This document shows, one piece after another, positions 1-9,920 of a stretch of DNA of 24,000 nucleotides (the stretch's first letter is position 1; every line of letters starts with the position of its first letter). Source of the DNA: Thermodesulfobacteriota bacterium B35 (lineage in GTDB: Bacteria > Desulfobacterota > Desulfobulbia > Desulfobulbales > Desulfobulbaceae); assembly GCA_046599375.1 (NCBI GenBank), contig JBKIWM010000002.1:503001-527000 (forward strand). The letters are read 5' to 3'. The translations under genes were made by a program, and so were the position numbers. Under the pieces are notes generated by a model. That model had not been told where the DNA came from. It ran no database searches and saw nothing but the letters and a program-made list of their open reading frames with translations.

Positions 1-52
1 GCAGTAACCCCTTTTCAAATATCAAGCAACTGCAAGAAACGGATGCAAGGCA

Positions 53-2527
53 ATGCAGAACAACGACAGGTACGATTTCAAAGCCATTGAGAAAAAATGG
101 CAGCAGCGGTGGGAAGAGGAAAAGCCCAACCGGGTGAGCGAAAAACCGGGCAGGAAGAAGTACTATGTCCTCGAGATGTTCCCCTACCCTTCCGGGCGTA
201 TCCACATGGGCCATGTCCGCAATTACTCCATCGGTGATGTCATTGCCCGCTACAAGCGGATGCGGGGATTCCATGTCATCCACCCCATGGGCTGGGACGC
301 CTTTGGCCTGCCTGCCGAGAACGCTGCCCTCAAACGGGGCATCCATCCCGCCACCTGGACCTATGACAACATCGCCTACATGCGGGACCAGCTCAAGGCC
401 ATGGGACTCAGCTATGACTGGGACCGGGAGATCGCCACCTGCAATCCTGGCTACTACCGCTGGGAGCAGCTTCTGTTCCTGCAGATGCTGAAAAAGGGCC
501 TGGCCTACCGCAAGGAGACCACGGTCAACTGGTGCGATGACTGCCAGACCGTGCTCGCCCGCGAGCAGGTGATTGATGGTGCCTGCTGGCGCTGTGACCA
601 GCCGGTGCAGCCCAGGACCATGCACGGCTGGTTCTTCCGGATCACCGACTATGCCGATGAACTCCTTGATGACCTGGATCAGCTCACCGGCTGGCCCGAA
701 AAGGTGGTCACCATGCAGCGCAACTGGATCGGCAAGAGCCAGGGACTGGCCTGCGATTTCCAGGTGGAGGACAGCGAGCGCAAGGTCACCATCTTCACCA
801 CCCGGCCCGACACCATCTTCGGCGTCACCTTCATGTCCCTGGCCGCCGAACACCCCCTGGTCAGGGAGCTTGTCCGTGGAACGGAACGGGAAGCAGAGGT
901 GGAGGAGTTCGTCCGCCAGACCATGGTGGAGAAACAGCGGGCCTCGGTGGAGGAGGAGCCGGAAAAAAAGGGCGTCTTTACCGGTGCCTGGTGCATCAAC
1001 CCCTTCAATGGCCAACGGGTGCCCATCTATGTGGCCAACTTTGTTCTCATGGAGTACGGCACCGGCGCGGTGATGGCGGTGCCGGCCCATGACCAGCGAG
1101 ATTTCGAGTTCGCCCGTCGCTACGGCCTGCCGGTCAGGCCCGTGGTGCAACCTCCGGAGGCCCCCCTGGACGGCGATACCATGGAGGCGGCCTGGGAAGG
1201 CCCCGGCGTGCTGACCGACTCGGGAACCTTCACCGGCATGGACTCCGAAGAGGCCAAAAAGGCCATCATCCGTCATGCCGAAGAACAGGGATTCGGCAGG
1301 GCGCAGACGACCTACCGGCTGCGGGACTGGGGCATCTCCAGGCAGCGCTACTGGGGCGCCCCCATTCCGGTCATTCACTGCCCGGCCTGCGGCATCGTTC
1401 CGGTGCCGGAAGAGGAGCTGCCCGTGGTGCTGCCCGGCACTGATTCGCCCGACGGCAGCCATGCGCCCCTCCACCGGCAGGAAGCATTCTACCGCACCAC
1501 CTGTCCCGCCTGCGGCGGCGAGGCCAGGCGGGAGACCGACACCATGGATACCTTTGTCGAGTCTTCCTGGTACTTTGCCCGCTACGCCAGTCCGCGGGAC
1601 GAAACAGCGCCCATCAACAGGGAGGCGGCCGCCTACTGGCTGCCCGTGGACCAGTACATCGGCGGAGTGGAACACGCCATCCTCCACCTCCTCTATTCCC
1701 GTTTTTTCACCAAGGTCCTGCGCGATCTCGGTTACCTGGAGATCGACGAGCCTTTCACCAACCTGCTCACCCAGGGCATGGTGATCAAGGACGGCGCCAA
1801 GATGTCCAAATCCAAGGGCAACGTGGTGGACCCCAGCGACCTGATCGAACAGTATGGCGCCGACACGGTGCGGCTTTTCTCCCTGTTCGCCGCTCCGCCC
1901 GAGCGTGACCTGGAATGGAATGCGGCCGGGGTCGACGGCGCCTCCCGCTTCCTGAACAGGGTCCATCGGCTGGTTATGGGCAACCTGGACTGTTTCCAGG
2001 CCGGGGACGTCAGCCCTGCCGACCTGGCTTCCACATCAAAGACGCTGCTTCGCAGGGTCCACCAGACCATTGCCCGGGTCACCGACTCCATTGAATCCAA
2101 CTTCCATTTCAATACCGCCATTTCCGGCATCATGGAGCTGGTCAACGAGGTCGGTACCGCCCTTGCCGGCAAGGAGGCCGTTGACCGGGCCGTTCTGCGC
2201 CAGGCCCTCGAAACCACCCTGCTGCTGCTCTTTCCCATGGTCCCCCACTTCTGCGAGGAGATGTGGGAGGTCAGCGGTCACCGGGAGCAGATCGCCACCG
2301 CATCCTGGCCGGTCCATGACCCGGACGCGGCCCGGGAAGAGGAGCTGACCATCGTGGTCCAGGTCAACGGCAAGGTGCGGGCCCGCCTGCAGGTTCCCGC
2401 GGATATCGATGACCGGAAGCTCGAGCAACTGGCCCTGGCCGACCAGCGGGTTCGCAAATTCACCGGCGGCAAGGCTGCAAAAAAAATCATTGTCGTAAAG
2501 GGGAAACTTGTTAATATTGTTGTCTGA
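53..2527 (+). CDS. leuS: leucine--tRNA ligase
   Basis: Full-length 824-aa ORF. Class I aaRS HIGH-type motif '[13 protein letters not shown]', KMSKS motif 'KMSKSKGN', and CxxC pairs typical of bacterial LeuRS. Confidence 0.97.
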   Translation: MQNNDRYDFKAIEKKWQQRWEEEKPNRVSEKPGRKKYYVLEMFPYPSGRIHMGHVRNYSIGDVIARYKRMRGFHVIHPMGWDAFGLPAENAALKRGIHPATWTYDNIAYMRDQLKAMGLSYDWDREIATCNPGYYRWEQLLFLQMLKKGLAYRKETTVNWCDDCQTVLAREQVIDGACWRCDQPVQPRTMHGWFFRITDYADELLDDLDQLTGWPEKVVTMQRNWIGKSQGLACDFQVEDSERKVTIFTTRPDTIFGVTFMSLAAEHPLVRELVRGTEREAEVEEFVRQTMVEKQRASVEEEPEKKGVFTGAWCINPFNGQRVPIYVANFVLMEYGTGAVMAVPAHDQRDFEFARRYGLPVRPVVQPPEAPLDGDTMEAAWEGPGVLTDSGTFTGMDSEEAKKAIIRHAEEQGFGRAQTTYRLRDWGISRQRYWGAPIPVIHCPACGIVPVPEEELPVVLPGTDSPDGSHAPLHRQEAFYRTTCPACGGEARRETDTMDTFVESSWYFARYASPRDETAPINREAAAYWLPVDQYIGGVEHAILHLLYSRFFTKVLRDLGYLEIDEPFTNLLTQGMVIKDGAKMSKSKGNVVDPSDLIEQYGADTVRLFSLFAAPPERDLEWNAAGVDGASRFLNRVHRLVMGNLDCFQAGDVSPADLASTSKTLLRRVHQTIARVTDSIESNFHFNTAISGIMELVNEVGTALAGKEAVDRAVLRQALETTLLLLFPMVPHFCEEMWEVSGHREQIATASWPVHDPDAAREEELTIVVQVNGKVRARLQVPADIDDRKLEQLALADQRVRKFTGGKAAKKIIVVKGKLVNIVV

Positions 2528-2563
2528 TGGCGAGACCGCCATGCCCTGGAGACAAACAACACT

Positions 2564-2581
2564 CCTGCCCCCTGTCTCCTG
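2564..2581 (+). repeat. 18-nt exact repeat CCTGCCCCCTGTCTCCTG (copy 1, upstream of lptE)
   Basis: Identical 18-mer to 12891-12908. Its 3' part can pair with the upstream GGAGACA (2546-2552). Confidence 0.7.
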
Positions 2582-2613
2582 TCCTCTGACTTTCTGACAA
2601 AAGGAGCGTTTCG

Positions 2614-3147
2614 GTGAGAATACTTCCTGTCCGGCTGATCATTCTTCTCTGCCTGGTCGTCCTGCTCGGCGGCTGCGGATACTACTTTCCCCAGGTCTAT
2701 GACGGCCCGACGCGCTACGTTTACATGCCGACCTGGAAGAACAGGACCAACGAACTGGGGCTCGATGCCAGAATCTACCAGTCGCTGGCACGCTGGTTCC
2801 AGAAGTCGGACGCCATCAGGATCACCAAGGACAAAAAGAATGCAGACCTGATCCTGGCCGGGGAGATTCTCTATATCGACCTGCCCAGCGTCTCCTGGAA
2901 CGGTGATGCCCGCAGTACCAGTGTCAAGGTCAAGCTCGGGGTGCGTTACGTGCTCAAAGACCTGAAAAAAGACAAGATCCTCTGGGAGGTTCCCGATGAG
3001 CTCTGGACCGAGGACTACTCGATCCATGACATCGGCACCAATGCCGAAACCAAGGCGCTGGCCCAGATCGTGGACGACCTGTCGGAGCGGATCTACCTGG
3101 GAACACTGGATAAACTGAGAGAGCAGAACAAGCGGGCCACCAAATAG
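2614..3147 (+). CDS. lptE: LPS-assembly lipoprotein LptE-like
   Basis: 177 aa, GTG start 7 nt after AAGGAG (2601-2606). Lipoprotein signal with lipobox 'LLGGC'. Sits in the conserved position directly downstream of leuS. The family call rests on synteny, size and lipobox only. Confidence 0.6.
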   Translation: MRILPVRLIILLCLVVLLGGCGYYFPQVYDGPTRYVYMPTWKNRTNELGLDARIYQSLARWFQKSDAIRITKDKKNADLILAGEILYIDLPSVSWNGDARSTSVKVKLGVRYVLKDLKKDKILWEVPDELWTEDYSIHDIGTNAETKALAQIVDDLSERIYLGTLDKLREQNKRATK

Positions 3148-3191
3148 CACCCAAGCCGGTCGGTAGCGCCGCACCGGAGTTTCCATGAACG

Positions 3192-3229
3192 AAAAAGGGC
3201 GTTGAGACAGATCTCAACGCCCTTTTTTT
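3192..3229. terminator. bidirectional Rho-independent terminator (lptE / transketolase)
   Basis: 11-bp GC-rich stem gggcgttgaga / tctcaacgccc (3197-3207 / 3212-3222) with a 4-nt loop. Flanked by A5 on the left and T7 on the right, between convergent genes. Confidence 0.85.
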
Positions 3230-3253
3230 GTCCCTGCGGCGGAACAGGACCGT

Positions 3254-5191
3254 TCAGGCAAGCAGCTCCTTCATGGCAGCGGCGATGGAGGCCGCATCCA
3301 GGCCCTGGGCCCGGTAGAGCTCGGCCGGCTTGCCGGAACTGCCGTACCGGCTGACCCCGAGCCGCCGCAGCCTGGCCGCCACGCCGCGATCCATGAGCGC
3401 AGCCGCGGCACTAGCGCCGAGACCGGTCTCCACATGGTGATCCTCCACCGTGAGGAGGGGGCCTTTTGCCGCCGCTTCAACCAGGCTTTCCGTGTCCAGG
3501 GGGATGAGGGAGGCCATGTTGAGCACGCCCACCCGGATGTCCTGCCGGCGCAGCAGGGCCCAGGCCTCGATGCAGGCAGGGGTCAGGGCGCCATAGGTGA
3601 CGATGGTACCGGCATCCCCCCGGCGCAGCCAGTCGGCCCGGCCAGGCTCGAAACGGTAGTCGGTGTCATAGAAGACATTGCCGTCCTCGGTGGTGATCAC
3701 CGGGGTCTTGGAGCGCCCCATACCGACGAAGTGGTTGCCGGGCCGGGTGGCGACGAAACGGACAATACGGTCGGTCTGGTTGGGGTCTGCGGGCATGAAG
3801 ACCGAAAAACGGAACAGGTTCCTGAGCAGGCCCAGGTAGTCGATGCACTGGTGGGTCGGCCCGTCCTCGCCCACATCCAGGCCCACGTGGGTTGCCACGA
3901 TCTTGAGATTGGTATGGTTGAAGTCGCTGAGCCGGTTCTGATTGTAGACCTCGGAGACAGCGAAGACGCCAAAGGTCGAGAAGAAGCTCACCAGCCCTTC
4001 CCTGCTCATGGCGCCGCCCATGCCGGCGGCGTGGTGTTCCTGGATGCCGGCCTCGAAATAGGCATCCGGCGAGTGCTTGTGAAAGCCGCCCATCTTGACC
4101 GAGCCTTCCAGGTCACAGGAGATACCGACGATCAGCGGCGCCTTTCCCCCGACATTGTTGGCCTCGGCCAGACCGAGGAGGGCATTGCCGTAGGCGGAGC
4201 GGTTGTCGGTCATGGTGTCGGCGTCATACAGGATTGGGTCGCCGGGCGCCACCTCGGGATAATTGCTCTGCGGGGCAACGATGGTGCTGGTACGTACCGG
4301 CTCCTTTCTTTTCTCCACCCAGCTTTCGTACTCATTGTCCACGCCCAGTTCGGCCAGGGCCTCGGCCAACTGGTCCGGCTTGAGCGGTGAGCCGTGGTAT
4401 TTTGCCTGGTTCTCCATGAAGGAGATGCCCTTGCCCATGACGGTCCTGGCGATGATCACCGTGGGGACGCCGGAGGTGTTCCGGTAGGCTGCGGCCAGGG
4501 CACGGAAGATGGCGTTATGGTCATGCCCGTCCTCCAGGCGGACCACGTTCCATCCCAGGGCCTCGTAAAGGCGGCCAATGGGCTGGGGCATGACCTTTTC
4601 GGTGTCGCCGCAGATCTGCAGATGGTTGCGGTCCACCAGGACGGTCAGGTTATCCAGCCTGTACTTGTGACCATAGCGGATGGCCTCGGTGATCTGCCCC
4701 TTCTGGTGTTCGCCGTCTCCCATGAGCGTGATCACCCGGGCATCGCTTCCCTTGACCTTGAAGGCCTGGGCCATGCCCACGGCAACGGAAAGGCCCTGCC
4801 CCAGGTTGCCGGTATCCCACTCGACCCCCGGCACGATGGACTCCACATGCCCCGGAAAACCGGATCCGGTGCGCCTGAAGCCGGCGAGGAAATCCTCTTC
4901 ACTGAAATAGCCATATTCGGCGAGCACGGAATAGACACCCGGAGAGATATGTCCTATACTCTCCACCACCCGGTCACGATCCTCCATGTGGGGGTTGGCC
5001 GGGTCATGCCTGATCATGCCGTAGGTGACGAGCAGCATGTCGAGAGAGGACAGCGACCCGCCCGGATGGCCGGATGCCGCCAGGGTGGTCGACAGCAGGA
5101 TCCGCCGCGCGCACCGGCGGCGCATCTCCTGCAGGGTGGAGAGCTCTCCGCTGTTCAGTTCTTCCGCGTTGATATCTAGTTTGAACGTCAT
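3254..5191 (-). CDS. tkt: transketolase (fused N- and C-terminal halves)
   Basis: 645 aa. ThDP-binding motifs 'GHPGGSLSSLD' and 'GDGEHQKGQ...EA...NL...DRN', followed by pyrimidine-binding and C-terminal domains. SD-like ACGGAG lies upstream of the ATG at 5191. Confidence 0.85.
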   Translation of the reverse strand: MTFKLDINAEELNSGELSTLQEMRRRCARRILLSTTLAASGHPGGSLSSLDMLLVTYGMIRHDPANPHMEDRDRVVESIGHISPGVYSVLAEYGYFSEEDFLAGFRRTGSGFPGHVESIVPGVEWDTGNLGQGLSVAVGMAQAFKVKGSDARVITLMGDGEHQKGQITEAIRYGHKYRLDNLTVLVDRNHLQICGDTEKVMPQPIGRLYEALGWNVVRLEDGHDHNAIFRALAAAYRNTSGVPTVIIARTVMGKGISFMENQAKYHGSPLKPDQLAEALAELGVDNEYESWVEKRKEPVRTSTIVAPQSNYPEVAPGDPILYDADTMTDNRSAYGNALLGLAEANNVGGKAPLIVGISCDLEGSVKMGGFHKHSPDAYFEAGIQEHHAAGMGGAMSREGLVSFFSTFGVFAVSEVYNQNRLSDFNHTNLKIVATHVGLDVGEDGPTHQCIDYLGLLRNLFRFSVFMPADPNQTDRIVRFVATRPGNHFVGMGRSKTPVITTEDGNVFYDTDYRFEPGRADWLRRGDAGTIVTYGALTPACIEAWALLRRQDIRVGVLNMASLIPLDTESLVEAAAKGPLLTVEDHHVETGLGASAAAALMDRGVAARLRRLGVSRYGSSGKPAELYRAQGLDAASIAAAMKELLA

Positions 5192-5285
5192 TTGTCTACT
5201 CCGTTTTTCAGAAGCCGGAAGGCCGGAAATCAGATAACAGTTCCGCAGTGGTCTGCCGCCGCAGCCTGTGCTGCGTTATGTATTA

Positions 5286-5312
5286 GTTCACCGCGATGAG
5301 CAACTACCTGAA
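5286..5312 (+). repeat. GTTCAC stem-loop repeat, copy A
   Basis: GTTCACCGCGATGAGCAACTACCTGAA, 24/27 identical to copy C. Lies in the tkt/dus divergent intergenic region. Confidence 0.8.
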
Positions 5313-5336
5313 AAAGAGCGATACTTTTGGTAAAAG

Positions 5337-5431
5337 TTCAGCAGTGCGTCAGCTGTGCGTGATCGCGGCTGGCCGCTATAGTCCGCGCTATGCGGCCAGC
5401 CGCGAGCGCGTGCAGATGGCGTGCTGCTGAA
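5337..5431 (+). repeat. long imperfect hairpin (40-bp stem) with conserved apex, followed by T5
   Basis: Arms 5337-5376 and 5391-5431. Of 40 stem positions, 32 are Watson-Crick, 6 are G.U only when read as + strand RNA, and 2 are purine-purine mismatches. Apex GGCCGCTATAGTCCGCGCTATGCGGCC. TTTTT at 5432-5436. Confidence 0.8.
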
Positions 5432-5515
5432 TTTTTACTGCGTTATAATACACTGATGCAGAATGACAACAGGAAAAATCACCACCGTCCCTCATGGGCA
5501 ACATCAGCGAGAACG

Positions 5516-6457
5516 ATGAAAATAGGACAGGTTACAGTGGATGGCACCCTGTTACTGGCTCCCCTGGCCGGATACACGGACCTCCCCTTCCGGCTCCTCT
5601 GCCGCGAACATGGGGCTGCGCTCTGCTTTTCGGAGATGGTCAGTTGCCATGGCCTCTGCTTTGGCCAGGGCAAGACCCTGGAGCTGCTGCGCAGCCATGA
5701 ACGGGACCATCCCCTGGCGGTCCAGCTTTTCGGAAGTGATATCGAGGTGATGGGGAGGGCAGCGGGCCTGGTGGATCCCGATGCCGCGGCGTTGATTGAC
5801 ATCAACATGGGCTGCCCGGTGCGCAAGGTGGTGCGCAAGGGGGCCGGCGCCGCTCTGATGAAGAACCCGGAGCGGGCGCGGGCCATCATCAGGGTCGTGT
5901 GTGACAACACCAGCCTGCCGGTGACGGTCAAGATCCGCAGCGGCTGGTCCGGCGAGACCATCACGGCGCCGGAGTTCGCGCAGATGGCGGAGGAGGCTGG
6001 TGCCGCCGCGGTGACGGTACATGCGCGCACCTGGGCCCAGGGATTTGGCGGCCGGGCGGACTGGGATGTCATTGCCAGGGTGCGGCAGGCGGTCACCATC
6101 CCGGTTGTCGGCAACGGCGATGTCCTCTGCCAGGAGGATGGTGAGCGGATGATGGCGGCAACCGGTTGTGACGCTGTCATGATCGGCCGCGGTGCCCTGG
6201 GAAATCCCTGGGCGTTTTGTCGGGCCGGCCGGCCGGAAACCCTGGCCGGCCGGCTGCCCGCCCTGCGCCGCCACCTGGAGCTGGCCCGGCGCCACCTGCC
6301 CGGGCGGCAGGCGCCCTTCAGGATGAAGAACCACGCCGTCCGTTACCTGACCGGCCTGCCCTCTGCCGGCACTATCCGGCAGAGGATCATGGCCTGCGCC
6401 ACACTGGAGGAACTCGACGAGCTTGTGCAGGCTCTGGAGACAGGCTCGATTGTGTAA
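5516..6457 (+). CDS. dusB: tRNA-dihydrouridine synthase (DusB-like)
   Basis: The N-terminus 'MKIGQVTVDGTLLLAPLAGYTDLPFR' matches the canonical Dus start. It has the TIM-barrel FMN enzyme pattern (INMGCP, VTVKIR, TVHAR). The ORF-track start at 5390 lies inside a long hairpin and is judged spurious; an alternative ATG is at 5456. Confidence 0.85.
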   Translation: MKIGQVTVDGTLLLAPLAGYTDLPFRLLCREHGAALCFSEMVSCHGLCFGQGKTLELLRSHERDHPLAVQLFGSDIEVMGRAAGLVDPDAAALIDINMGCPVRKVVRKGAGAALMKNPERARAIIRVVCDNTSLPVTVKIRSGWSGETITAPEFAQMAEEAGAAAVTVHARTWAQGFGGRADWDVIARVRQAVTIPVVGNGDVLCQEDGERMMAATGCDAVMIGRGALGNPWAFCRAGRPETLAGRLPALRRHLELARRHLPGRQAPFRMKNHAVRYLTGLPSAGTIRQRIMACATLEELDELVQALETGSIV

Positions 6458-6459
6458 TT

Positions 6460-6495
6460 GTTCACCGCTGACGGCAACTACGGCCTGCTGCTGAA
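6460..6495 (+). repeat. GTTCAC stem-loop repeat, copy B
   Basis: GTTCACCGCTGACGGCAACTAC-(ggcctgctg)-CTGAA. Starts 3 nt after the dus stop codon. Stem CCG/CGG. Confidence 0.75.
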
Positions 6496-6524
6496 CCGGT
6501 GCAGCGTCCCGCTGTCGCCGCACA

Positions 6525-8122
6525 TCAGAGCTGGAGGAGCAGCAGGTTGATCAGGCCGATCAGGAACCCCAGGAGGGCACCGAACAGATTGATGTAGCGG
6601 AACTGTTCTTCCATGATGGAGAGCAGGAGCCGCTCAAGCTGGAGCAGGTCGAGAGAATTGACCTTGTCGGCGACCACCTGCCGGATATTGAGGGATTCCA
6701 CCAGGCCGGGCACCTCCTTGAGCAGCATCCGGTTGGCGGTGAGAACGATGTAATCGGTGATGCCCGTGCGGATTCCCGCCGGCATGAGCCGGTGGAGCAC
6801 GCCCACCGGACGGTTGACCAGGGAGTCCACCATGGTATTGACCATCCGGTCCAGGAGACGGACCACCTTGCGGGAGCGGATCAGGGCCACAGCCTCGCTG
6901 GTGATGAAGTCGTGGAGCCGGTGGCCGTCCCGGCCGGGAAAGAGTTGCGCGGCAATGTCGGCCAGCTCCCGTTCCCCGTGGTCGAGCATCTCCTCCATGC
7001 TGTTGCGGATCATGGTGGAAAGGGTCTCGGCAACACCCCGGGAGCGCAGGACGCCGAGGATCTGTATCGCCGCCTGCCGGCAGATCATCCGGTACTGGTC
7101 GTCGTCCACCCTGGCCCGGAACCGGGCCAGGGGTGTATGGAGGAAGCGCTCGGCCTGTTCGACCAGGACCACGGCCAGCCGTTCCTGGAGCTCGGGTTCC
7201 TGCAGCCAGCCGATGATCTCGTCTTCCTTGTCGAGCAGATAGTCACGGATCCTGGCCTCCATGGTCTCCATATCCAGAAAACCGCGGGCCATGGCCCCCA
7301 CCGGACCGAGGCTGTCCAGAAAATGATTGACCCCGTCCCGGACCGCGTGGATGATCCGTTCCCGCACCGCCGGCTCGGAGAGCATGGCCGAGAGCTTTTT
7401 CAGGATGCGCGGCGACTGCTGCTCGATGGAGGCGATGATGAACTCGATGAAGGGTTCCGGCAGATGATCGGCCAGGGTACGGCCCTCCTGCGCCGCCTGA
7501 TCGAAACGTCTGGCCAGATAGGCGGTGAGCCATTTTTCGGCACCCGGACCATGGAGCAGATCCATGATCAGCCGGTCGATGAAGCTGTAGACCTCCTGCC
7601 GGTCCTCCACAGAGACCAAATCGTTGAGCCGGTGATGGCCCATGCTCCCGAGCTGGTCCGTGACCAGGGCCGATACGGCCTGCTCAAAGTCTCTGCTGGC
7701 AATATAGCGATGCACCCCTTCCCGCAGCCGGTACTTGACCGTCCGTACCCCGATCTTGAAATAGGCCTGGAAACGACGCGGCAGCATGGTGATCACCGGG
7801 CCGTAGTCCCGGCTCAGGATCTCCCGCACCCGGGTATCGACGATCCCGTGGAGGTGTTCCTGGAATGGCTCCTCGGACAGGGCCGCGCCGATATCCCGGG
7901 AAGTCAGGAGGTGGCTGCCCACCATCTCGCCGATGTTCTCTGCCAGCAGCGCGCGCCTGGACGGGATGACCCCGGGGTCATGGGAACACGGACACCGAAG
8001 ACGTGCCACGGCCTGAGCGGCCGGAAGAGCATGCGGATGGCGATCTTGTTGGTCAGGTAGCCGATAAAGGCGCCGATGACCGGCGGACCGCCGTAGGCGA
8101 GGAGTGTGCTGACTGGGATCAT
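6525..8122 (-). pseudogene. DUF445 (YheB-like) membrane protein, reading frame interrupted near 7970-7977
   Basis: The canonical DUF445 N-terminus '[19 protein letters not shown]...VPMTPG' is in the frame starting at 8122. The continuation '[22 protein letters not shown]...' and the C-terminal TM 'LFGALLGFLIGLINLLL' are in the 6525..8189 frame. One base appears missing in a C4G4 run. Confidence 0.75.
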
Positions 8123-8166
8123 TGTGGTCGGACAAAGCGATGGTTAGCCATCCCGTGAGGGGGTAC

Positions 8167-8189
8167 GTTCCAGCGGCAAGTACCTGCAA
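8167..8189 (+). repeat. GTTCAC-family repeat, degenerate copy H
   Basis: GTTCCAGCGGCAAGTACCTGCAA. It keeps GTTC and GGCAAgTACCTGcAA, but the hairpin part is shortened. Lies between the HAD stop and the DUF445 start. Confidence 0.5.
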
Positions 8190-8201
8190 CCAGCGGCACT
8201 C

Positions 8202-8876
8202 TTACCAGGCGGTTGCGCCGCCGGCCCGGACCAGTTGCAGAACATCTTCCGGCCTGTCGGCCACGACGCGGGCACCGCTGCGTTCAAGCTCCTCCCTGTC
8301 CCTGAAACCCCACAGGGCGCCGACGGCAAACATCCCGGCCCGGACCGCGGTCTCTATGTCGGTGGCCGTATCGCCCAGGTAGAGGATTTCCGCCGGCGGG
8401 AACCCGAGGATGGCTGCGATCTCGAGGGCCGCGGCAGGATCGGGTTTGCCCGGAACCCCGGGCCGCTGGCCGAAGACTGGTTCGAACGGGTAACCGGGCA
8501 GCAAATCGCGTACGCAGGCCAGGGTGAATTCATGGGGTTTGTTGGACAGAATGGACAGGCGCAGACCTGCCCCGGCCAGGCCCTCGAGCATGGCCGCAAT
8601 GCCGTCATACATCCCGGACCGGTTCTTCCAGTTACGGCCATAATCGTCGCGAAAGGCCTCCACGGCACGGGCCACCGTGACCTGATCACGGCTCTGCGAC
8701 GGCAGGATCCGCTCGATCAGCCGCACCAGGCCCTCGCCGACAAAGTATCGGTAGCTGTCCCGCGGATGTTCCGGCAGCCCCAGGGAGCGAAGGACCCGAT
8801 TGCCCGAGTCTGCCAGGTCGTCCAGGGTGTCGAGCAGGGTTCCGTCGAGGTCGAATATGGCGGCCTGAAAATGCAT
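8202..8876 (-). CDS. HAD-IA family hydrolase (phosphoglycolate phosphatase-like)
   Basis: Motif I 'AIFDLDGTLLDT', motif II 'LSNK', motif IV 'GDTATDIETAVRAG'. Start taken at the Met of 'MHFQAAIFDLDG' (8876), not the ORF-track 8954. Confidence 0.8.
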   Translation of the reverse strand: MHFQAAIFDLDGTLLDTLDDLADSGNRVLRSLGLPEHPRDSYRYFVGEGLVRLIERILPSQSRDQVTVARAVEAFRDDYGRNWKNRSGMYDGIAAMLEGLAGAGLRLSILSNKPHEFTLACVRDLLPGYPFEPVFGQRPGVPGKPDPAAALEIAAILGFPPAEILYLGDTATDIETAVRAGMFAVGALWGFRDREELERSGARVVADRPEDVLQLVRAGGATAW

Positions 8877-9044
8877 GGACGCTCCCGGTGATGTGTCAAA
8901 TTCGAAGGTTGGCGGTAAAAGATCACGACAGGTGGCACAAAAGGTAAGGCACAAGGCGACACTCGTCCAGTGAAAACATGGCTTACACGGAAAAAAGAGC
9001 TCTGAGAGGAGCAGAATTTCCCTTATTTGCCTTCAGGTCACCGT

Positions 9045-9076
9045 TTGACTTGGAGACAGGCTGTTTTTGATATATA
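9045..9076 (+). promoter_or_regulatory. candidate sigma70-type promoter for the cooC-like/ftsEX cluster
   Basis: TTGACT at 9045-9050, followed by the AT-rich 'TGATATATAT' (TGn + TATATA at 9068-9076). Spacing is non-ideal, so this is weak. Confidence 0.25.
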
Positions 9077-9124
9077 TTTCCCTGGTTCCTCAACCTTCAT
9101 TCATCACATCCGGGATAGTGCATC

Positions 9125-9883
9125 ATGACCAAAGTAATCGCCATGGCCGGCAAGGGCGGCACCGGCAAGACCACCCTCTCCGCCCTGCTCATCAGATACC
9201 TGACGACCCGGGGCATGACCCCGGTCCTGGCCGTCGATGCCGACGCCAACGCCAATCTCAACGAACTCCTCGATCTCGATGTCCATACCACCCTCGGCGA
9301 GATCCGCCGGCAGATCAAGGGAGAGATCCCGCCGGGCATGACCCGTGACCAGTTCATGGAGATGAAGATCCATCAGGCCCTGGTGGAGGAGTCGGGCTTT
9401 GACCTGATGGTCATGGGCCAGCCCGACGGACCGGGCTGCTACTGCGCCGCCAACCAGTACCTGGCCATGACCATGGACAAACTGGCGGAAAACTACCGGT
9501 TCATCATCGTTGACAACGAGGCCGGCATGGAGCACCTGAGCAGGATGAACCTGCGCTCCATCGACCACCTGCTCATCGTCTCCGATCCCTCGGCCCGGGG
9601 CATCCTCACGGCGCGCCGCATCGCCGACATCACCGGCCCGCTGCAGCTCGAGGTCAGAAAGCGCTGGCTGATCGTCAACCGTGCGCCCGACCCCGTCCCC
9701 CCGGCCCTGCAGGAGAAGATCGATGCCGCGGTGCGCGAGGCCGACCTGCCCCTGGCCGGTATCATCCCGGCCAGTGACGAACTGGTCAACCAGGAACTGC
9801 GGGGTGAATCCTATCTCCGCCTGCCGGAGGAAAGCCCGGTGGTCCGGCAGTCCACGGCCATCTTTGACACCATCTTTGCCTGA
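9125..9883 (+). CDS. CooC/AcsF-type MinD/ParA-family metallochaperone ATPase
   Basis: Deviant Walker A 'AGKGGTGKTT', the CooC-characteristic CxC metal motif 'GPGCYCAANQ', and Walker B 'FIIVDNEAG'. 252 aa. Confidence 0.75.
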   Translation: MTKVIAMAGKGGTGKTTLSALLIRYLTTRGMTPVLAVDADANANLNELLDLDVHTTLGEIRRQIKGEIPPGMTRDQFMEMKIHQALVEESGFDLMVMGQPDGPGCYCAANQYLAMTMDKLAENYRFIIVDNEAGMEHLSRMNLRSIDHLLIVSDPSARGILTARRIADITGPLQLEVRKRWLIVNRAPDPVPPALQEKIDAAVREADLPLAGIIPASDELVNQELRGESYLRLPEESPVVRQSTAIFDTIFA

Positions 9884-9920
9884 GCAATCTCCCGTCTTCA
9901 CTTCAGCAGGAAACCATGCG

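Noticed and set aside
26-40. Possible extra degenerate copies of the GTTCAC family: GCAACTGCAAGAAAC at 26-40, TTCACCGGCGGCAAGGCTGCAAAA at 2461-2484 (inside leuS), and GTTGCCAGTGACGGCGCAC at about 17813-17835.
   Set aside because: They are too diverged or partial, and one is within coding sequence, so they cannot be distinguished from chance without a genome-wide model.
5390-5515. ORF-track N-terminal extension of dus starting at 5390.
   Set aside because: That ATG lies inside the right arm of the long hairpin, and the extension has no Dus similarity. The canonical Dus N-terminus begins at 5516.
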